Assembly: GCA_003142475.1 (NCBI GenBank) | Contig: PLMK01000006.1 | Coordinates: forward strand, 10,225 to 74,224 | Direction of reading: 5' to 3' | DNA: 64,000 nt | DNA from: Ignavibacteriota bacterium | GTDB lineage: Bacteria; Bacteroidota; Ignavibacteria; UBA10030 | Shown: positions 1-10,145 of the stretch, piece by piece | How positions within the stretch are numbered: position 1 is the first letter of the stretch | How the letters are laid out: each line of letters starts with the position of its first letter | Translations under genes and position numbers: made by a program | Notes under the pieces: model-generated | Database searches by the model: none | What the model was told of the DNA's origin: nothing | Seen by the model: the letters and a program-made list of their open reading frames with translations, nothing else

Positions 1-2
1 TT

Positions 3-473
3 GCATACTGCCGCAATTCCGCCAATCCTATTGGAAGATTGCTCTTGCTGCTACTCAACTATCGCAGTGAAACAATGATGCATCTTTCGGATTCCATCTG
101 CACGGCATTGCAATTAACAAACTTTTGGCAGGATGTTTCAGAGGATTTACAGAAAGGTCGTATTTATTTTCCTTTAGAAGAATTGGAAGAATTCGGTTAT
201 TCCGAACAAGATTTGTTCAATCAAAAAGTTAATGATCACTTTTGTAATTTAGTGGCGTTTCAAGTACGGCGCACGGCGGAGCTTTTTGTAGAAGGAAAAC
301 CGTTATTGACTATGGTTGGTAAGGATTTATCGATGGAATTGAGACTTACGTGGAACGGCGGCATGAAAATATTACAAAAGATCCATAAACAGAATTATGA
401 CGTATTGACGAAACGCCCAGCACTTTCGAAGCTGGACAAACTGGGACTTCTCTTTCGTTCATTTTTATCGTAA
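3..473 (+). CDS. hpnC: Squalene synthase HpnC (5'-truncated by window edge)
   Basis: Frame is open from base 3 (AYCRNSANPIGRLLL...), with LQLTNFWQDVSEDLQKGRIYFP isoprenoid synthase motif; directly upstream of an hpnD-like gene. Confidence 0.85.
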   Translation, partial: AYCRNSANPIGRLLLLLLNYRSETMMHLSDSICTALQLTNFWQDVSEDLQKGRIYFPLEELEEFGYSEQDLFNQKVNDHFCNLVAFQVRRTAELFVEGKPLLTMVGKDLSMELRLTWNGGMKILQKIHKQNYDVLTKRPALSKLDKLGLLFRSFLS

Positions 474-482
474 CTTATAACC

Positions 483-1367
483 GTGCAAACAGCAGCATCG
501 GTCATACCGGATTTCTCACAGAATCGGAAGAGTAGTTTCTATTACTCATTCCTCATTTTGCCACGCCCGAAACGCGATGCCATCGAAACTATTTATGCCT
601 TTTGCAGATTTACCGACGACATTGTAGATGAAGTCGGAGACGAGAAAGAAAAATATGCGCTGCTTCTGCAGTGGACAGAAGAGTTGCGGCGCTCACTCTA
701 CGGAATCTCGCACTATTCATTACTAAACAAACTTTCCGCCATCATCAAACGATTCCATATTCCTATTGAACTTTTTTATGAGTTGATTAAGGGAATGGAA
801 ATGGATTTGTTAAACAAGCGCTATAATACATTTTCCGAATTAGAACAATACTGTTACCGCGCTGCTTCTACGGTAGGATTGATTTGTGCGGAAGTATTCG
901 GTTATACAAATGAGAAGACGAAACAATATGCTATCAACCTTGGCATCGCATTACAGTTGACAAATATATTACGAGATATTAAAACCGACGCCAAACGTGG
1001 ACGTATTTATTTGCCGCTCGAAGATTTGAGAAAGTTCGATTATTCTGAAGCTGATTTGTTGAATTCTACATACAACGAACGATTTGTTGAATTGATGAAG
1101 TTCGAGTGCGAACGCGCTCATGAATATTTCCACCGCGCTAAGGGATACCTCGCCGAAGAAGACAAGCCGCTCTTTACTGCAGCTCGCACAATGGGGAATA
1201 TATATTATCTGCTTCTACTTAGGATTGAGCGTGCACGATACGATGTATTTTCTAAGCGCATTCGTCTGTCATCACCGCTCAAGATTCTCATAGCAATGGT
1301 CTTGCAACTGCGTAAAAAGTTCCCCAAAAACTTTCACCGCTATGTGCACACAGAATTGCCTGCATAA
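483..1367 (+). CDS. hpnD: Presqualene diphosphate synthase HpnD (phytoene/squalene synthase family)
   Basis: SSFYYSF, YAFCRFTDDIVD and LQLTNILRDIKTDAKRGRIYLP motifs; tandem with hpnC. Confidence 0.8.
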   Translation: MQTAASVIPDFSQNRKSSFYYSFLILPRPKRDAIETIYAFCRFTDDIVDEVGDEKEKYALLLQWTEELRRSLYGISHYSLLNKLSAIIKRFHIPIELFYELIKGMEMDLLNKRYNTFSELEQYCYRAASTVGLICAEVFGYTNEKTKQYAINLGIALQLTNILRDIKTDAKRGRIYLPLEDLRKFDYSEADLLNSTYNERFVELMKFECERAHEYFHRAKGYLAEEDKPLFTAARTMGNIYYLLLLRIERARYDVFSKRIRLSSPLKILIAMVLQLRKKFPKNFHRYVHTELPA

Positions 1368-1498
1368 GTAGCAGTGCGAACATTTCCAAAATCCATTGAG
1401 ATTAGGTTTGAGATGACTTTCGTAAAGTCTCAAGATTGCAACTCAATGCAACATTTACTACTTTTCTATCGAACAACTGATTTATAAACGAGGCGTCA

Positions 1499-1882
1499 AT
1501 GAAAAGTACTAGCATCAAAAAACTTTACTATTCCATTAGCGAAGTCAGCAGGATTACAGGATTAGAGCAATATGTTTTACGCTATTGGGAAACTGAATTT
1601 CCTGAACTGAAGCCAGCGAAGAATCGAGCCGGAAACCGCATTTACACAAACAAAGACATTAAGCTTATAATGCACATCAAGCAATTGCTGCGGGATGAGA
1701 AATACACAATCGAAGGTGCCAAGCAGGTGATGAAAGAGTTCACGCCGGAACCAGATACTGGAGAGCAGCTCGAACTTCTCAACGTTCCACAAAAGAAAAA
1801 AATTCAAGACGACGAAATTAAAAAAGAAATGATAGAAGTAAAGGAATTTTTAGAAGAGGTATTAGTGAAGCTGGAAAAGTAA
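1499..1882 (+). CDS. MerR-family HTH transcriptional regulator
   Basis: YYSISEVSRITGLEQYVLRYWETEFPELKPAKNRAGNRIY MerR HTH signature. Confidence 0.85.
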   Translation: MKSTSIKKLYYSISEVSRITGLEQYVLRYWETEFPELKPAKNRAGNRIYTNKDIKLIMHIKQLLRDEKYTIEGAKQVMKEFTPEPDTGEQLELLNVPQKKKIQDDEIKKEMIEVKEFLEEVLVKLEK

Positions 1883-1980
1883 CGGAGAATTGATCATCGG
1901 GAAGATTCAGATGCCTTTTATTTCGATGATATAATGTTATTGTTGTAATAGAAATAAAGAAATTTATTTTTAGAGAAGGA

Positions 1981-3270
1981 ATGAAGATGGGCAAAGTTGC
2001 GAAACTCGAATTGGATAACAAAGTATACGAATTTCCAGTTGTTGTAGGTTCAGAGGGTGAACATTCTCTTGATATCTCATCACTTCGGAGTAAAACCGGG
2101 TACATTACTCTTGACGAGGGATATGGAAACACCGGATCATGCCTCAGCAATATTACATTCATTGATGGCGAAAAAGGAATTCTCCGTTATCGCGGCATCC
2201 CTATCGAAGAGCTAGCAGAAAAGTCAACATTTGTGGAGACAGCGTACCTTCTTATTTACGGTAAATTACCAAACTCGCATGAGATGAAGATCTTTTCAAA
2301 CCTTCTCACAAAAAATGAGATGCTTCATGAGGATATGAAACTTCAATTCGAGGGATTCCCTACACATGCTCATCCCATGGCGATCCTTTCATCCATGATT
2401 AACGCTGCAGGTTGCTTTCTTCCCGAAGTATTAAATCCCGACGAGGTTTTTCTGATGCAGGCTGCACGCCTTATTTCTCAAGTGCGAACTATCGCTGCAT
2501 TTTCTTATCGAAAATCGTTAGGGTTGCCAATTATCTATCCAAAACCTCTTTATAAATACACAGCAAACTTTTTGCACATGATGTTCTCTGAACCATACGT
2601 AGACTATGAATTACAACCAGAAGTTGTAAATGCGCTTGATCTTATTTTTCTCTTGCATGCAGATCATGAACAGAATTGCTCTACTTCAACCGTGCGAATG
2701 GTCGCATCAAGTCAAGCTAACTTGTTTGCAAGTGCAGCAGCCGGTGTATGCGCTCTCTGGGGACATCTCCATGGCGGTGCGAATCAGGCTGTTATTGAAA
2801 TGCTTGAGAATATCCATAAATCAGGCGATAACGGATCGAAATTTATTGAAGCGGCAAAAGATAAAACATCTGGAAAACGTTTGATGGGATTTGGTCACCG
2901 GGTATATAAGAATTACGATCCGCGTGCACGAATTATTAAAAAGAAATGTGATGAGTTACTCGCGGTCTTAAAAAGAAACGACCCATTGCTCGATATTGCC
3001 AAACGCTTAGAAGAAGCTGCACTCAGTGATCCCTATTTTATTGAACGGAAACTATATCCTAATGTCGATTTTTATAGCGGTATTATTATGCGGGCGATAG
3101 GAATTCCATTGAGTATGTATACCGTTATGTTTGCCATCGGGCGGATGCCGGGATGGATTGCCAACTTTAAAGAAATCCATGAAGTAAAGGACGGCCGTAT
3201 TTATCGACCACGTCAGGTCTATACGGGACCAACATTGTCTCATTACACACCGTTTCGCGAGCGTCCATAA
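1981..3270 (+). CDS. gltA: Citrate synthase
   Basis: [48 protein letters not shown]. Confidence 0.97.
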   Translation: MKMGKVAKLELDNKVYEFPVVVGSEGEHSLDISSLRSKTGYITLDEGYGNTGSCLSNITFIDGEKGILRYRGIPIEELAEKSTFVETAYLLIYGKLPNSHEMKIFSNLLTKNEMLHEDMKLQFEGFPTHAHPMAILSSMINAAGCFLPEVLNPDEVFLMQAARLISQVRTIAAFSYRKSLGLPIIYPKPLYKYTANFLHMMFSEPYVDYELQPEVVNALDLIFLLHADHEQNCSTSTVRMVASSQANLFASAAAGVCALWGHLHGGANQAVIEMLENIHKSGDNGSKFIEAAKDKTSGKRLMGFGHRVYKNYDPRARIIKKKCDELLAVLKRNDPLLDIAKRLEEAALSDPYFIERKLYPNVDFYSGIIMRAIGIPLSMYTVMFAIGRMPGWIANFKEIHEVKDGRIYRPRQVYTGPTLSHYTPFRERP

Positions 3271-3524
3271 CATCTTTGTTTCTTTCTATGTATAGGCCTG
3301 AGAACTTTTCAACGTAAGTACCAGAGCCGGATAATGGAAAGCCACTTGAGTTACTGAATGGTCCCCATGAAACGGAAGATCCATAATAAAGAGATTAGGA
3401 GTGCATTGAAAAAAAGTAAGGGAATTCCTGCAAGAGATACTTGATAAACCTAAGAAGTAACGAACACTATACGATCTTCGAGGATGATAGGGATAACGCA
3501 TAGAAAATAGAAAGAGAAACGACT

Positions 3525-4025
3525 TTGCGATGTTTAATCTTTGTTGGAATTCTGGTAGTGTGTTCTTCGTTCGTAACACTTGCACAAAATGATATAGGTT
3601 CGCTTAAATGGCACGAGTGGGAGGAAGGTGTTAGAGAAGCGCACGATTCGGGAAAATTTCTTTTAGTATATGTGTATACAGCTGGACATGAATGGCTCAA
3701 ACGGATGGATCAATCCGTCTATATTCATCCACGCGTGCAGGAATTACTTGCTGCACAATTCGTTCCGACTAAACTTAACGCTGAATCAGAGACTATTATT
3801 GCAAACGGTGCCGATCACTACACTGAACGAGAGTGTGCAAAACTGTTGAATGTCAATTCCTGTCCTACGACACTCGTTTTTAATTCAAACTTTCAGCTTG
3901 TTGCAAGGTTAAACGGCAATAAGAATGCCGATACATTCATCCGTTTCTTGCACTATGTGAGCGGAAAGTACTATAAACGGTACACGTTCGATCAATACTT
4001 GACGCAGGTTCCACCGGAATATTAA
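3525..4025 (+). CDS. Exported thioredoxin-fold (SoxW/Thioredoxin_2-like) protein lacking CXXC
   Basis: Signal peptide; ...KFLLVYVYTAGHEWLKRMD...FVPTKLNAES...CPTTLVF pattern of the Trx fold, with HEWL at the CXXC position. Confidence 0.65.
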   Translation: MRCLIFVGILVVCSSFVTLAQNDIGSLKWHEWEEGVREAHDSGKFLLVYVYTAGHEWLKRMDQSVYIHPRVQELLAAQFVPTKLNAESETIIANGADHYTERECAKLLNVNSCPTTLVFNSNFQLVARLNGNKNADTFIRFLHYVSGKYYKRYTFDQYLTQVPPEY

Positions 4026-4061
4026 GACCTCCAATTAGTGTTTTCTGTATCCTACTAGAAC

Positions 4062-5735
4062 TTATTCCCGTGTCAGTCGCTTGTACTTTATTCTATGTGG
4101 CTGGTCGGCATCGATACCGAGTTGTTTCTTCCGATGTTCTTCATACTCAGAGTAATTTCCGTCAAACCATACAACACTGCTATCACCTTCAAACGCGAGA
4201 ATATGAGTTGCTACACGGTCGAGGAACCAGCGGTCGTGCGAAATAACAACAGCACAACCAACAAAATTACCAAGTGCTTCTTCCAGTGCACGCAATGTGT
4301 TCACATCAAGATCGTTAGTCGGTTCGTCAAGTAAAAGTACGTTTGCGCCATCCTTAAGTACTTTAGCAAGATGTACACGATTACGCTCTCCACCGGAGAG
4401 TTTCCCGACCGGCTTTTGCTGGTCAGTTCCGCTAAAATTAAATCTTGCAACGTAGCCGCGCGAGTTTACCTCGCGATTACCGAGCATAATAATATCTTCT
4501 CCGCCAGAAATTTCCTGCCAAATTGTTTTATCGGGTTCAAGCGGCCGCATTTGATCAACGTAGGCAAGTTTTACCGTATCGCCAATTTTGATACTGCCAG
4601 TGTCTGACTTTTCCTGACCGGTAATGAGTTTGAAAAGCGTAGTTTTGCCGGCACCGTTTGGACCAATGACACCAATGATACCGCCGGGTGGAAGAGCAAA
4701 TTCCATATTTTCAAATAGTAATCTCTCACCAAATGCTTTTGATACACCATGTGCTTCGATGACAACATCACCTAAACGTGGACCCGGTGGAATATAAATT
4801 TCCATTTCTTCGTCATGCTTATCAGTTTGTTCGGCAAGCATTTTTTCGTAAGATGCAATGCGTGCTTTGCTTTTATCGTGGCGACCTTTTGGATTTAAGC
4901 GTACCCATTCCAACTCACGTTGCAGTACGCGCTGACGCTTGGATTCCTGCTTTTCTTCCACTTCCAACCGACGTTTCTTTTGATCTAGCCACGAAGAATA
5001 GTTTCCTTCAAATGGAATACCTTCGCCACGGTCCAGTTCTAATATCCATCCTGCGACGTTGTCGAGGAAGTAGCGATCATGTGTAACTGCAATGACGGTT
5101 CCTTTATACAAACCCAAATGATGTTCTAACCATGCCACAGATTCCGCGTCGAGGTGGTTGGTTGGTTCGTCGAGCAATAATACGTCTGGTTCCTGCAATA
5201 ATAGACGACAAAGGGCCACGCGTCGTCGTTCACCACCAGAAAGAATATTCACCGGCGTTTCAGGCGGTGGACAACGCAATGCATCCATTGCTTGTTCCAG
5301 TTTGCTGTCTAAATCCCAAGCGTTGAGATGATCGATTTTTTCTTGAAGTTTGCTTTGTTTTTCCAGCAAAGTATCATAATCAGCATCCGGTTCCGCAAGC
5401 TGAAGATTTACAGTTTCATATTCTTTTACTAGATCGACAATTTCCTGTACTCCTTCTTCTACAATATTTTTAACTGTTTTGGTCGAATCAAGTTCTGGTT
5501 CTTGCGAAAGAAAACCAAATGTAATTCCTTTTTGTGTAGTGATCTCGCCAAGATAGTCTTTGTCGATTCCGGCGATAATGCGCAGGAGCGTACTCTTGCC
5601 GGCACCGTTCAATCCAAGCACACCGATCTTCGCGCCGTAGAAAAAGGAGAGATAAATGTCTTTTAAAATCTGGCGATTTGGTTTAATGACTTTTCCAACA
5701 CCGACCATAGAAAATATTATTTTATTTTCACTCAT
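4062..5735 (-). CDS. ettA: Energy-dependent translational throttle ATPase (ABC-F)
   Basis: Two ABC domains (GLNGAGKST, LSGGERRRVALCRLL, GPNGAGKTT, LSGGERNRVHLAK); C-terminal QPHRIKYKRL typical of EttA. Confidence 0.95.
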   Translation of the reverse strand: MSENKIIFSMVGVGKVIKPNRQILKDIYLSFFYGAKIGVLGLNGAGKSTLLRIIAGIDKDYLGEITTQKGITFGFLSQEPELDSTKTVKNIVEEGVQEIVDLVKEYETVNLQLAEPDADYDTLLEKQSKLQEKIDHLNAWDLDSKLEQAMDALRCPPPETPVNILSGGERRRVALCRLLLQEPDVLLLDEPTNHLDAESVAWLEHHLGLYKGTVIAVTHDRYFLDNVAGWILELDRGEGIPFEGNYSSWLDQKKRRLEVEEKQESKRQRVLQRELEWVRLNPKGRHDKSKARIASYEKMLAEQTDKHDEEMEIYIPPGPRLGDVVIEAHGVSKAFGERLLFENMEFALPPGGIIGVIGPNGAGKTTLFKLITGQEKSDTGSIKIGDTVKLAYVDQMRPLEPDKTIWQEISGGEDIIMLGNREVNSRGYVARFNFSGTDQQKPVGKLSGGERNRVHLAKVLKDGANVLLLDEPTNDLDVNTLRALEEALGNFVGCAVVISHDRWFLDRVATHILAFEGDSSVVWFDGNYSEYEEHRKKQLGIDADQPHRIKYKRLTRE

Positions 5736-6006
5736 AATATTATCTTCAGAGAGGGTTTAGTATATATCTACACTTGCAATGTAATAGGAGCAAACTACGC
5801 CTCTGTGTATTTTATCATTATTATTTACTCAGAAATGACGATTGAATACGACATTTGTATAGATAATATACGAAATTCTGTAGAAGGTTATTTGGATGAG
5901 GTTGGAAATTTAAAAAGAAATATTTTCCTGTGTATTACCAATAGTTAACTGATAAGGTTAATATTACGTGTCATCATCTGTTATAAAAATTTGGATTACA
6001 GGTTGC

Positions 6007-6130
6007 AATGTATAAGGAAGTGTGGCGGATAAACAAGCAATTCAAGAGGGGGGTGATCGCTTGTTTGGATTCGATTAACTTGATGCCAAGTAATGCAAAT
6101 CTCCGCCAGTGACTTCCTAGCTATACAATT
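6007..6130. other. Intergenic multi-stem inverted-repeat structure (candidate structured RNA or MITE-like element)
   Basis: tgtata/tataca, aggaagt/acttcct and tggcgga/tccgcca close two inner hairpins (aaacaagc/gcttgttt; acttg/caagt). Confidence 0.45.
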
Positions 6131-6140
6131 TAAAATTATT

Positions 6141-6206
6141 GGCACAGGGTGAGGTGAACCACATTCCTTTCTTCCACCAGAAAAGAAACGTGTTATACCC
6201 TGTGCC
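6141..6206. other. Long hairpin downstream of the T9SS cargo gene (possible terminator or 3' stabiliser)
   Basis: ggcacagggt (6141-6150) pairs with accctgtgcc (6197-6206); inner tttctt/aagaaa pairing. Confidence 0.45.
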
Positions 6207-6228
6207 TATTACTCATTAAGATGATTCC

Positions 6229-7836
6229 TTATTTTATCAGAACTAGTTTTTTTATGGTAATAAAATTGTCAGCGGTCATTTTATAAAAATATACGCCGCT
6301 TGAAATACCCGAGGCATTAAAAGTTAATGAAGACTGCCCTGCACTTCGTCTCTCGTTCACCAGTGTTGCAACACGTTCACCTACAATATTGAACACTTCT
6401 AAATTGACATAGCTCTTTTTTGGTAATTCAAAAGAAATAGTAGTCGTCGGGTTAAATGGATTTGGATAATTTTGATTGAGTTTATAACTAGTAGGTTGCT
6501 CATTCTCTTGTTGATCAACGGCAGTTGAACCTTTAGGAGCTAAAACACCACTATTTACTAAAGAATAAGTTTTTCCTCCAAGCGCACTATTTACAGAAAG
6601 AGTTGCATCATAATAGACATTGAAACCATTCCCTGTGATGTTGGTAATAGAGGTGCCGGAAATTCCGCTTACGTCACTCAATGTGGATAAGTACGAAGTC
6701 GCTGTAACAATCCATTTACTACTCGCATCGAGGGTCAGAGTTGCTGTATTGGCAATATTTGCTTTATTAATTGCGCCAGTAAATACAGAAGTATCTTGTA
6801 ACGTGATATATGCCTTACTATCAGCATCCACATGGATCAGACCAGACAAGATTTGATTCTTTGCAACAAAATTGGTGATACCTCCGCTTGAAGCCGAGGA
6901 ACCACCCCAGCTACCTTTGATGCATCTAATTAATGTATCGCAACTATTAACAAGAGATACGCCGTTCAATGTATAATGTGCTGTTGAATTGGTATTGTAA
7001 AACATACCACCCGCTGTACCAGTGTAAGTGAACGAACCGCCTGTCATCGTTAAATATCCATCAACTCCGGCAGCATCACCTGACATGCTTTGGTAAAGTA
7101 ATGATCCCCACTTGTTATAAGTACATTTTACAGTACAATTATTAAGTATTATTTTATTTGAGCCTTCTATTACAAGCGCTTCAGCTCCATTTGCTATTAA
7201 TGTTGCATCGGTACAAGTAATTATACCTGTTGAATAGATGGCCGCAGAATTATTTCCGTTTGAGGTATAAGATCCGCCATTGACCGTTATTGTACCTCCA
7301 CCCCTGTCTGTTGCTATGTTGCTCGAGCTGCCGCCAGAAGTTACAGCCGTATCATTATCGACCGTGATAGTTCCTCCGCCACTACACATGATAGCATGGG
7401 CTCCACCTCCTGTCATAGTATATTTATCATTTGTACTTGTGATACTGGCCGTTCCATAAGCAAAAACACCGTTTGCCCCTGAGCCGGTGGTTGTTATCGT
7501 ACAACCCGTAAGTGTAATTTGACCAGCAGAAGTTGCCAATGCACCAGCGTTAAGACCGTAAAAACTGCTGTTATCATTTGAGCTTGAGCTACCGCTTGTC
7601 GATATGGTGCAATTAGTTAAGGAAAGAATGCCGGAATTGAGAACATAAACTGCTGATTGATCGGTTGTAGAAGAAGTAATCGTTTCACCTGTTTTCGCGG
7701 CTGATCCACCATTCAATGTGTAAGTGCCTGCTAATGTATAACTCGTACTTCCACCTCCTGGCTGAGCCGGACTTTGAATTATGATTGCAACAGTTAGTAC
7801 CATCGCAATAACTATTGAACTTTTTAATTGTTTCAT
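6229..7836 (-). CDS. Secreted Ser/Gly/Thr-rich beta-helix-like protein with T9SS C-terminal sorting domain
   Basis: Start moved to ATG 7836 (AGGAGG upstream, signal peptide MKQLKSSIVIAMVLTVAIIIQ); C-terminal YKLNQNYPNPFNPTTTISF...SGVYFYKM...IKKLVLIK. Confidence 0.8.
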   Translation of the reverse strand: MKQLKSSIVIAMVLTVAIIIQSPAQPGGGSTSYTLAGTYTLNGGSAAKTGETITSSTTDQSAVYVLNSGILSLTNCTISTSGSSSSNDNSSFYGLNAGALATSAGQITLTGCTITTTGSGANGVFAYGTASITSTNDKYTMTGGGAHAIMCSGGGTITVDNDTAVTSGGSSSNIATDRGGGTITVNGGSYTSNGNNSAAIYSTGIITCTDATLIANGAEALVIEGSNKIILNNCTVKCTYNKWGSLLYQSMSGDAAGVDGYLTMTGGSFTYTGTAGGMFYNTNSTAHYTLNGVSLVNSCDTLIRCIKGSWGGSSASSGGITNFVAKNQILSGLIHVDADSKAYITLQDTSVFTGAINKANIANTATLTLDASSKWIVTATSYLSTLSDVSGISGTSITNITGNGFNVYYDATLSVNSALGGKTYSLVNSGVLAPKGSTAVDQQENEQPTSYKLNQNYPNPFNPTTTISFELPKKSYVNLEVFNIVGERVATLVNERRSAGQSSLTFNASGISSGVYFYKMTADNFITIKKLVLIK

Positions 7837-7867
7837 TGCTTTCCACCCTCCTGTAAAATATTTATCG

Positions 7868-8671
7868 TTATTCGTTCCTATCAGGACATTCTTCATGCAT
7901 CGGTCGATCTTGTTCATTCTCGGGTTTTGGCATGCGCGGCGGTCTTTGAGAATTTTTTTTTTGCAGTTCTTCATATTTCTTTTTCTGATTATCCGTTAGT
8001 ACAGCAGAGATTTTTGCATCGGTTTCCTTCCGCTGCTTTTCCATTTTCTCATGCATTGCTTCGCGTTCCTTCTTCATCTCTTCGCGCTTTGCCTCACGAT
8101 CTTTCTTTGCGGATTCGAACATCTTTTTCACTTCTTCACTTTGGGCCTCGAGGATTTTCTGAATTTTTGTTTCTTGATCGCTAGTAAAATTCAATTCTTT
8201 CTTTAACTCTTTCACAAATTCCTCGGGCGGCAGAGGCGGTTGATCCTCTGGCGGTATGTGTCCAAACATTGGCGGTTGACAATGAGTCTCTTCTTGGCGA
8301 CGATTAAATTTTTCACATTGCTTTTTCTGCATTTCTGTAAACGTTTCTTTTTGTTCTTTGGTTAACAAAGCGGTAATTTTTTCATCAGTTTCTTTTTTGA
8401 TTTTCATCATTGCTTCATGCGTTACTTTATATTCGTTTTCCGATGCTTTTGCTAACTTATCCATTTCGACCTTCTTTGCATCCATAATGGCCTTTATTTT
8501 TGCAATTTGTGCATCTGAAAGATTCAGATCTTTTTGAAGCTGTTCAATCCGATCTGGCTGATCTGCCGACGGCATGGGATGAGATTCCCGGGGTTGACCG
8601 TACACATACGTATAAACAATTAGGATGCAAACGACGAAAATCATTGATTTTAAAGCGACTGTATTTTTCAT
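7868..8671 (-). CDS. Periplasmic Spy/CpxP-like (LTXXQ) protein with two tandem repeats
   Basis: Signal peptide; two copies of L.K.LN.(S/T)..Q..KI..I ... K.TD.KI...LT..QK. Confidence 0.7.
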   Translation of the reverse strand: MKNTVALKSMIFVVCILIVYTYVYGQPRESHPMPSADQPDRIEQLQKDLNLSDAQIAKIKAIMDAKKVEMDKLAKASENEYKVTHEAMMKIKKETDEKITALLTKEQKETFTEMQKKQCEKFNRRQEETHCQPPMFGHIPPEDQPPLPPEEFVKELKKELNFTSDQETKIQKILEAQSEEVKKMFESAKKDREAKREEMKKEREAMHEKMEKQRKETDAKISAVLTDNQKKKYEELQKKNSQRPPRMPKPENEQDRPMHEECPDRNE

Positions 8672-8776
8672 AGTTCACCTTTATTTATGTTTTATAGTTT
8701 CTTTGAAAATCATTTCTACTATTTCACAAATTTTTTTACAATTATCACTACTAACTTACAACTATCATCCTTCCAA

Positions 8777-8835
8777 TGAGTTAAGAGCAGGATAAATCTT
8801 TGCTAAGAATGAAAAAAGATTGTTAAAATTGTTAA
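8777..8835. promoter_or_regulatory. Phased direct-repeat operator, copy 1 (putative OmpR-family binding array)
   Basis: gttaa/gataa/gctaa/gaaaa/gttaa/gttaa at 11,11,9,11,9-bp spacing; 49/59 identical to 13031-13089. Confidence 0.75.
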
Positions 8836-9101
8836 CCCTTGTTTAGATAAATCATTGAGCAGCAATATGCTATTGAACTTTTTGTTTAGTTTTTTTTCTT
8901 TCATATTCATCGCTTCATATTCGGAAGAATAACAACCACCATATGCACCAAATGGGCCACAAATGGTTTCATACTAAACATCAAACTGTTTTTTCTACTG
9001 AATGGTTTCTATCGAGTGTAATTCTCACTTTACGATTCATCATTTCGGAATTATACCACACACCCTTTTTTACAGCTATTTTATCTTTCATTTCCAGATG
9101 C

Positions 9102-10085
9102 CTAATTATGAGCTAATGTTACTTGTGTCCATACTTCAATTGGTTCTGATGAATTAGAATCTTTTCCAGCACGACCGCCACCGGATCCTCCTGAACCACC
9201 ACCAGGAGGTGGTCCACCCTGTCCACCGCCAGAGCCACCTGATCCACCACCAGGAGGAGGTCCGCCTTGTCCACCGCCAGGACCGCCACCTCTAGGATCC
9301 ATTCCACTTGAAGAATTATCTTCTGTTTTAAATCCGATGCCAAGAACATTTTTCTTATCTGTAGGAGCAAGTGCCAACGGAAAATCACTTGTCTTATGTA
9401 GCGGTACTTGAAGTTCATACACAAAAACTTTTTGAGTTATCCCAATTTGCACCTTCATGGTTTTTAGCTCGATTGTGGTTTCTTGTTGTATGTCTTTTTC
9501 TTCTGGCCCAAGAAACTGTATTTCGCGTAAAGCACTGTTAAACATTGCCGACATTTTTCCATCATTGCTGCCTAAATTTGGCCTCGACATTATAGTATCC
9601 ATATTGCCGGGCATTGGAGGAGGCATACGGCTTTCATTTCTGTTGTTATCGGAATAATTATCCTCGTCACTATTAATCCCAGGCATTTGTGAAGAACTGC
9701 CATCTTTTTCCTTGTTCATTGGTTTGGTACCTTTAGGACGACCAACCGGAAATTTGATGCCGTACCGCTCATCCGTTCCTCCGGATGGGTCAAACCAGAC
9801 AGTAAATCCACCATCCATAATTTGGCGCCTTACACCTTGATCATAGGAAATGAAACATAGATAGATGTTCTCTGCGTCATTACGAACTCCGATAGTAACA
9901 TTGACTTTTTTCAAGTCATATAAACTTCCCTCCCATTCATTGAATTTACCGTCGATGACAATCTCGGACTTTTTCCAGTCACTGATCAATGGTACAGCAC
10001 TACTGCATCCCAACAATCCCAGCATGCTTATGAACATAAAATTGAGTAAGAATATTGCTGGTATTTGAAATATTCGTCTATTCAT
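9102..10085 (-). CDS. Lipoprotein with Gly/Pro-rich low-complexity tail
   Basis: Start moved to ATG 10085 (AGGAG upstream); lipobox LLGC; GGGQGGPPPGGGSGGS twice near the C-terminus. Confidence 0.7.
   Translation of the reverse strand: MNRRIFQIPAIFLLNFMFISMLGLLGCSSAVPLISDWKKSEIVIDGKFNEWEGSLYDLKKVNVTIGVRNDAENIYLCFISYDQGVRRQIMDGGFTVWFDPSGGTDERYGIKFPVGRPKGTKPMNKEKDGSSSQMPGINSDEDNYSDNNRNESRMPPPMPGNMDTIMSRPNLGSNDGKMSAMFNSALREIQFLGPEEKDIQQETTIELKTMKVQIGITQKVFVYELQVPLHKTSDFPLALAPTDKKNVLGIGFKTEDNSSSGMDPRGGGPGGGQGGPPPGGGSGGSGGGQGGPPPGGGSGGSGGGRAGKDSNSSEPIEVWTQVTLAHN
9175..9280 (-). repeat. Coding tandem repeat, two 48-nt units (GGGQGGPPPGGGSGGS)
   Basis: Protein repeat is exact while the DNA differs at synonymous positions. 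Confidence 0.8.
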
Positions 10086-10145
10086 AATAACTCCTAAAGT
10101 AAGTGAGTGTTCTATTTTATTGTCCAACATTCAAAAGAACAATTA

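Noticed and set aside
3680..3705. Selenocysteine recoding at the thioredoxin-like active site
   Set aside because: No in-frame TGA; the codons are His-Glu-Trp-Leu
6015..6118. tRNA-Sec-like appearance (GGAAG start, TCCGCCA near the end)
   Set aside because: No proper D-arm, UCA anticodon arm or TTCGA T-loop geometry; kept only as a generic structured element
7837..7974. N-terminal extension of the T9SS cargo ORF given in the track
   Set aside because: Overlaps the upstream gene; ATG 7836 has an RBS and a signal peptide
8777..8835. Periodic repeats as a mini CRISPR array or iterons
   Set aside because: Units are 5 bp with 4-6 bp gaps; no spacers, cas genes or rep gene
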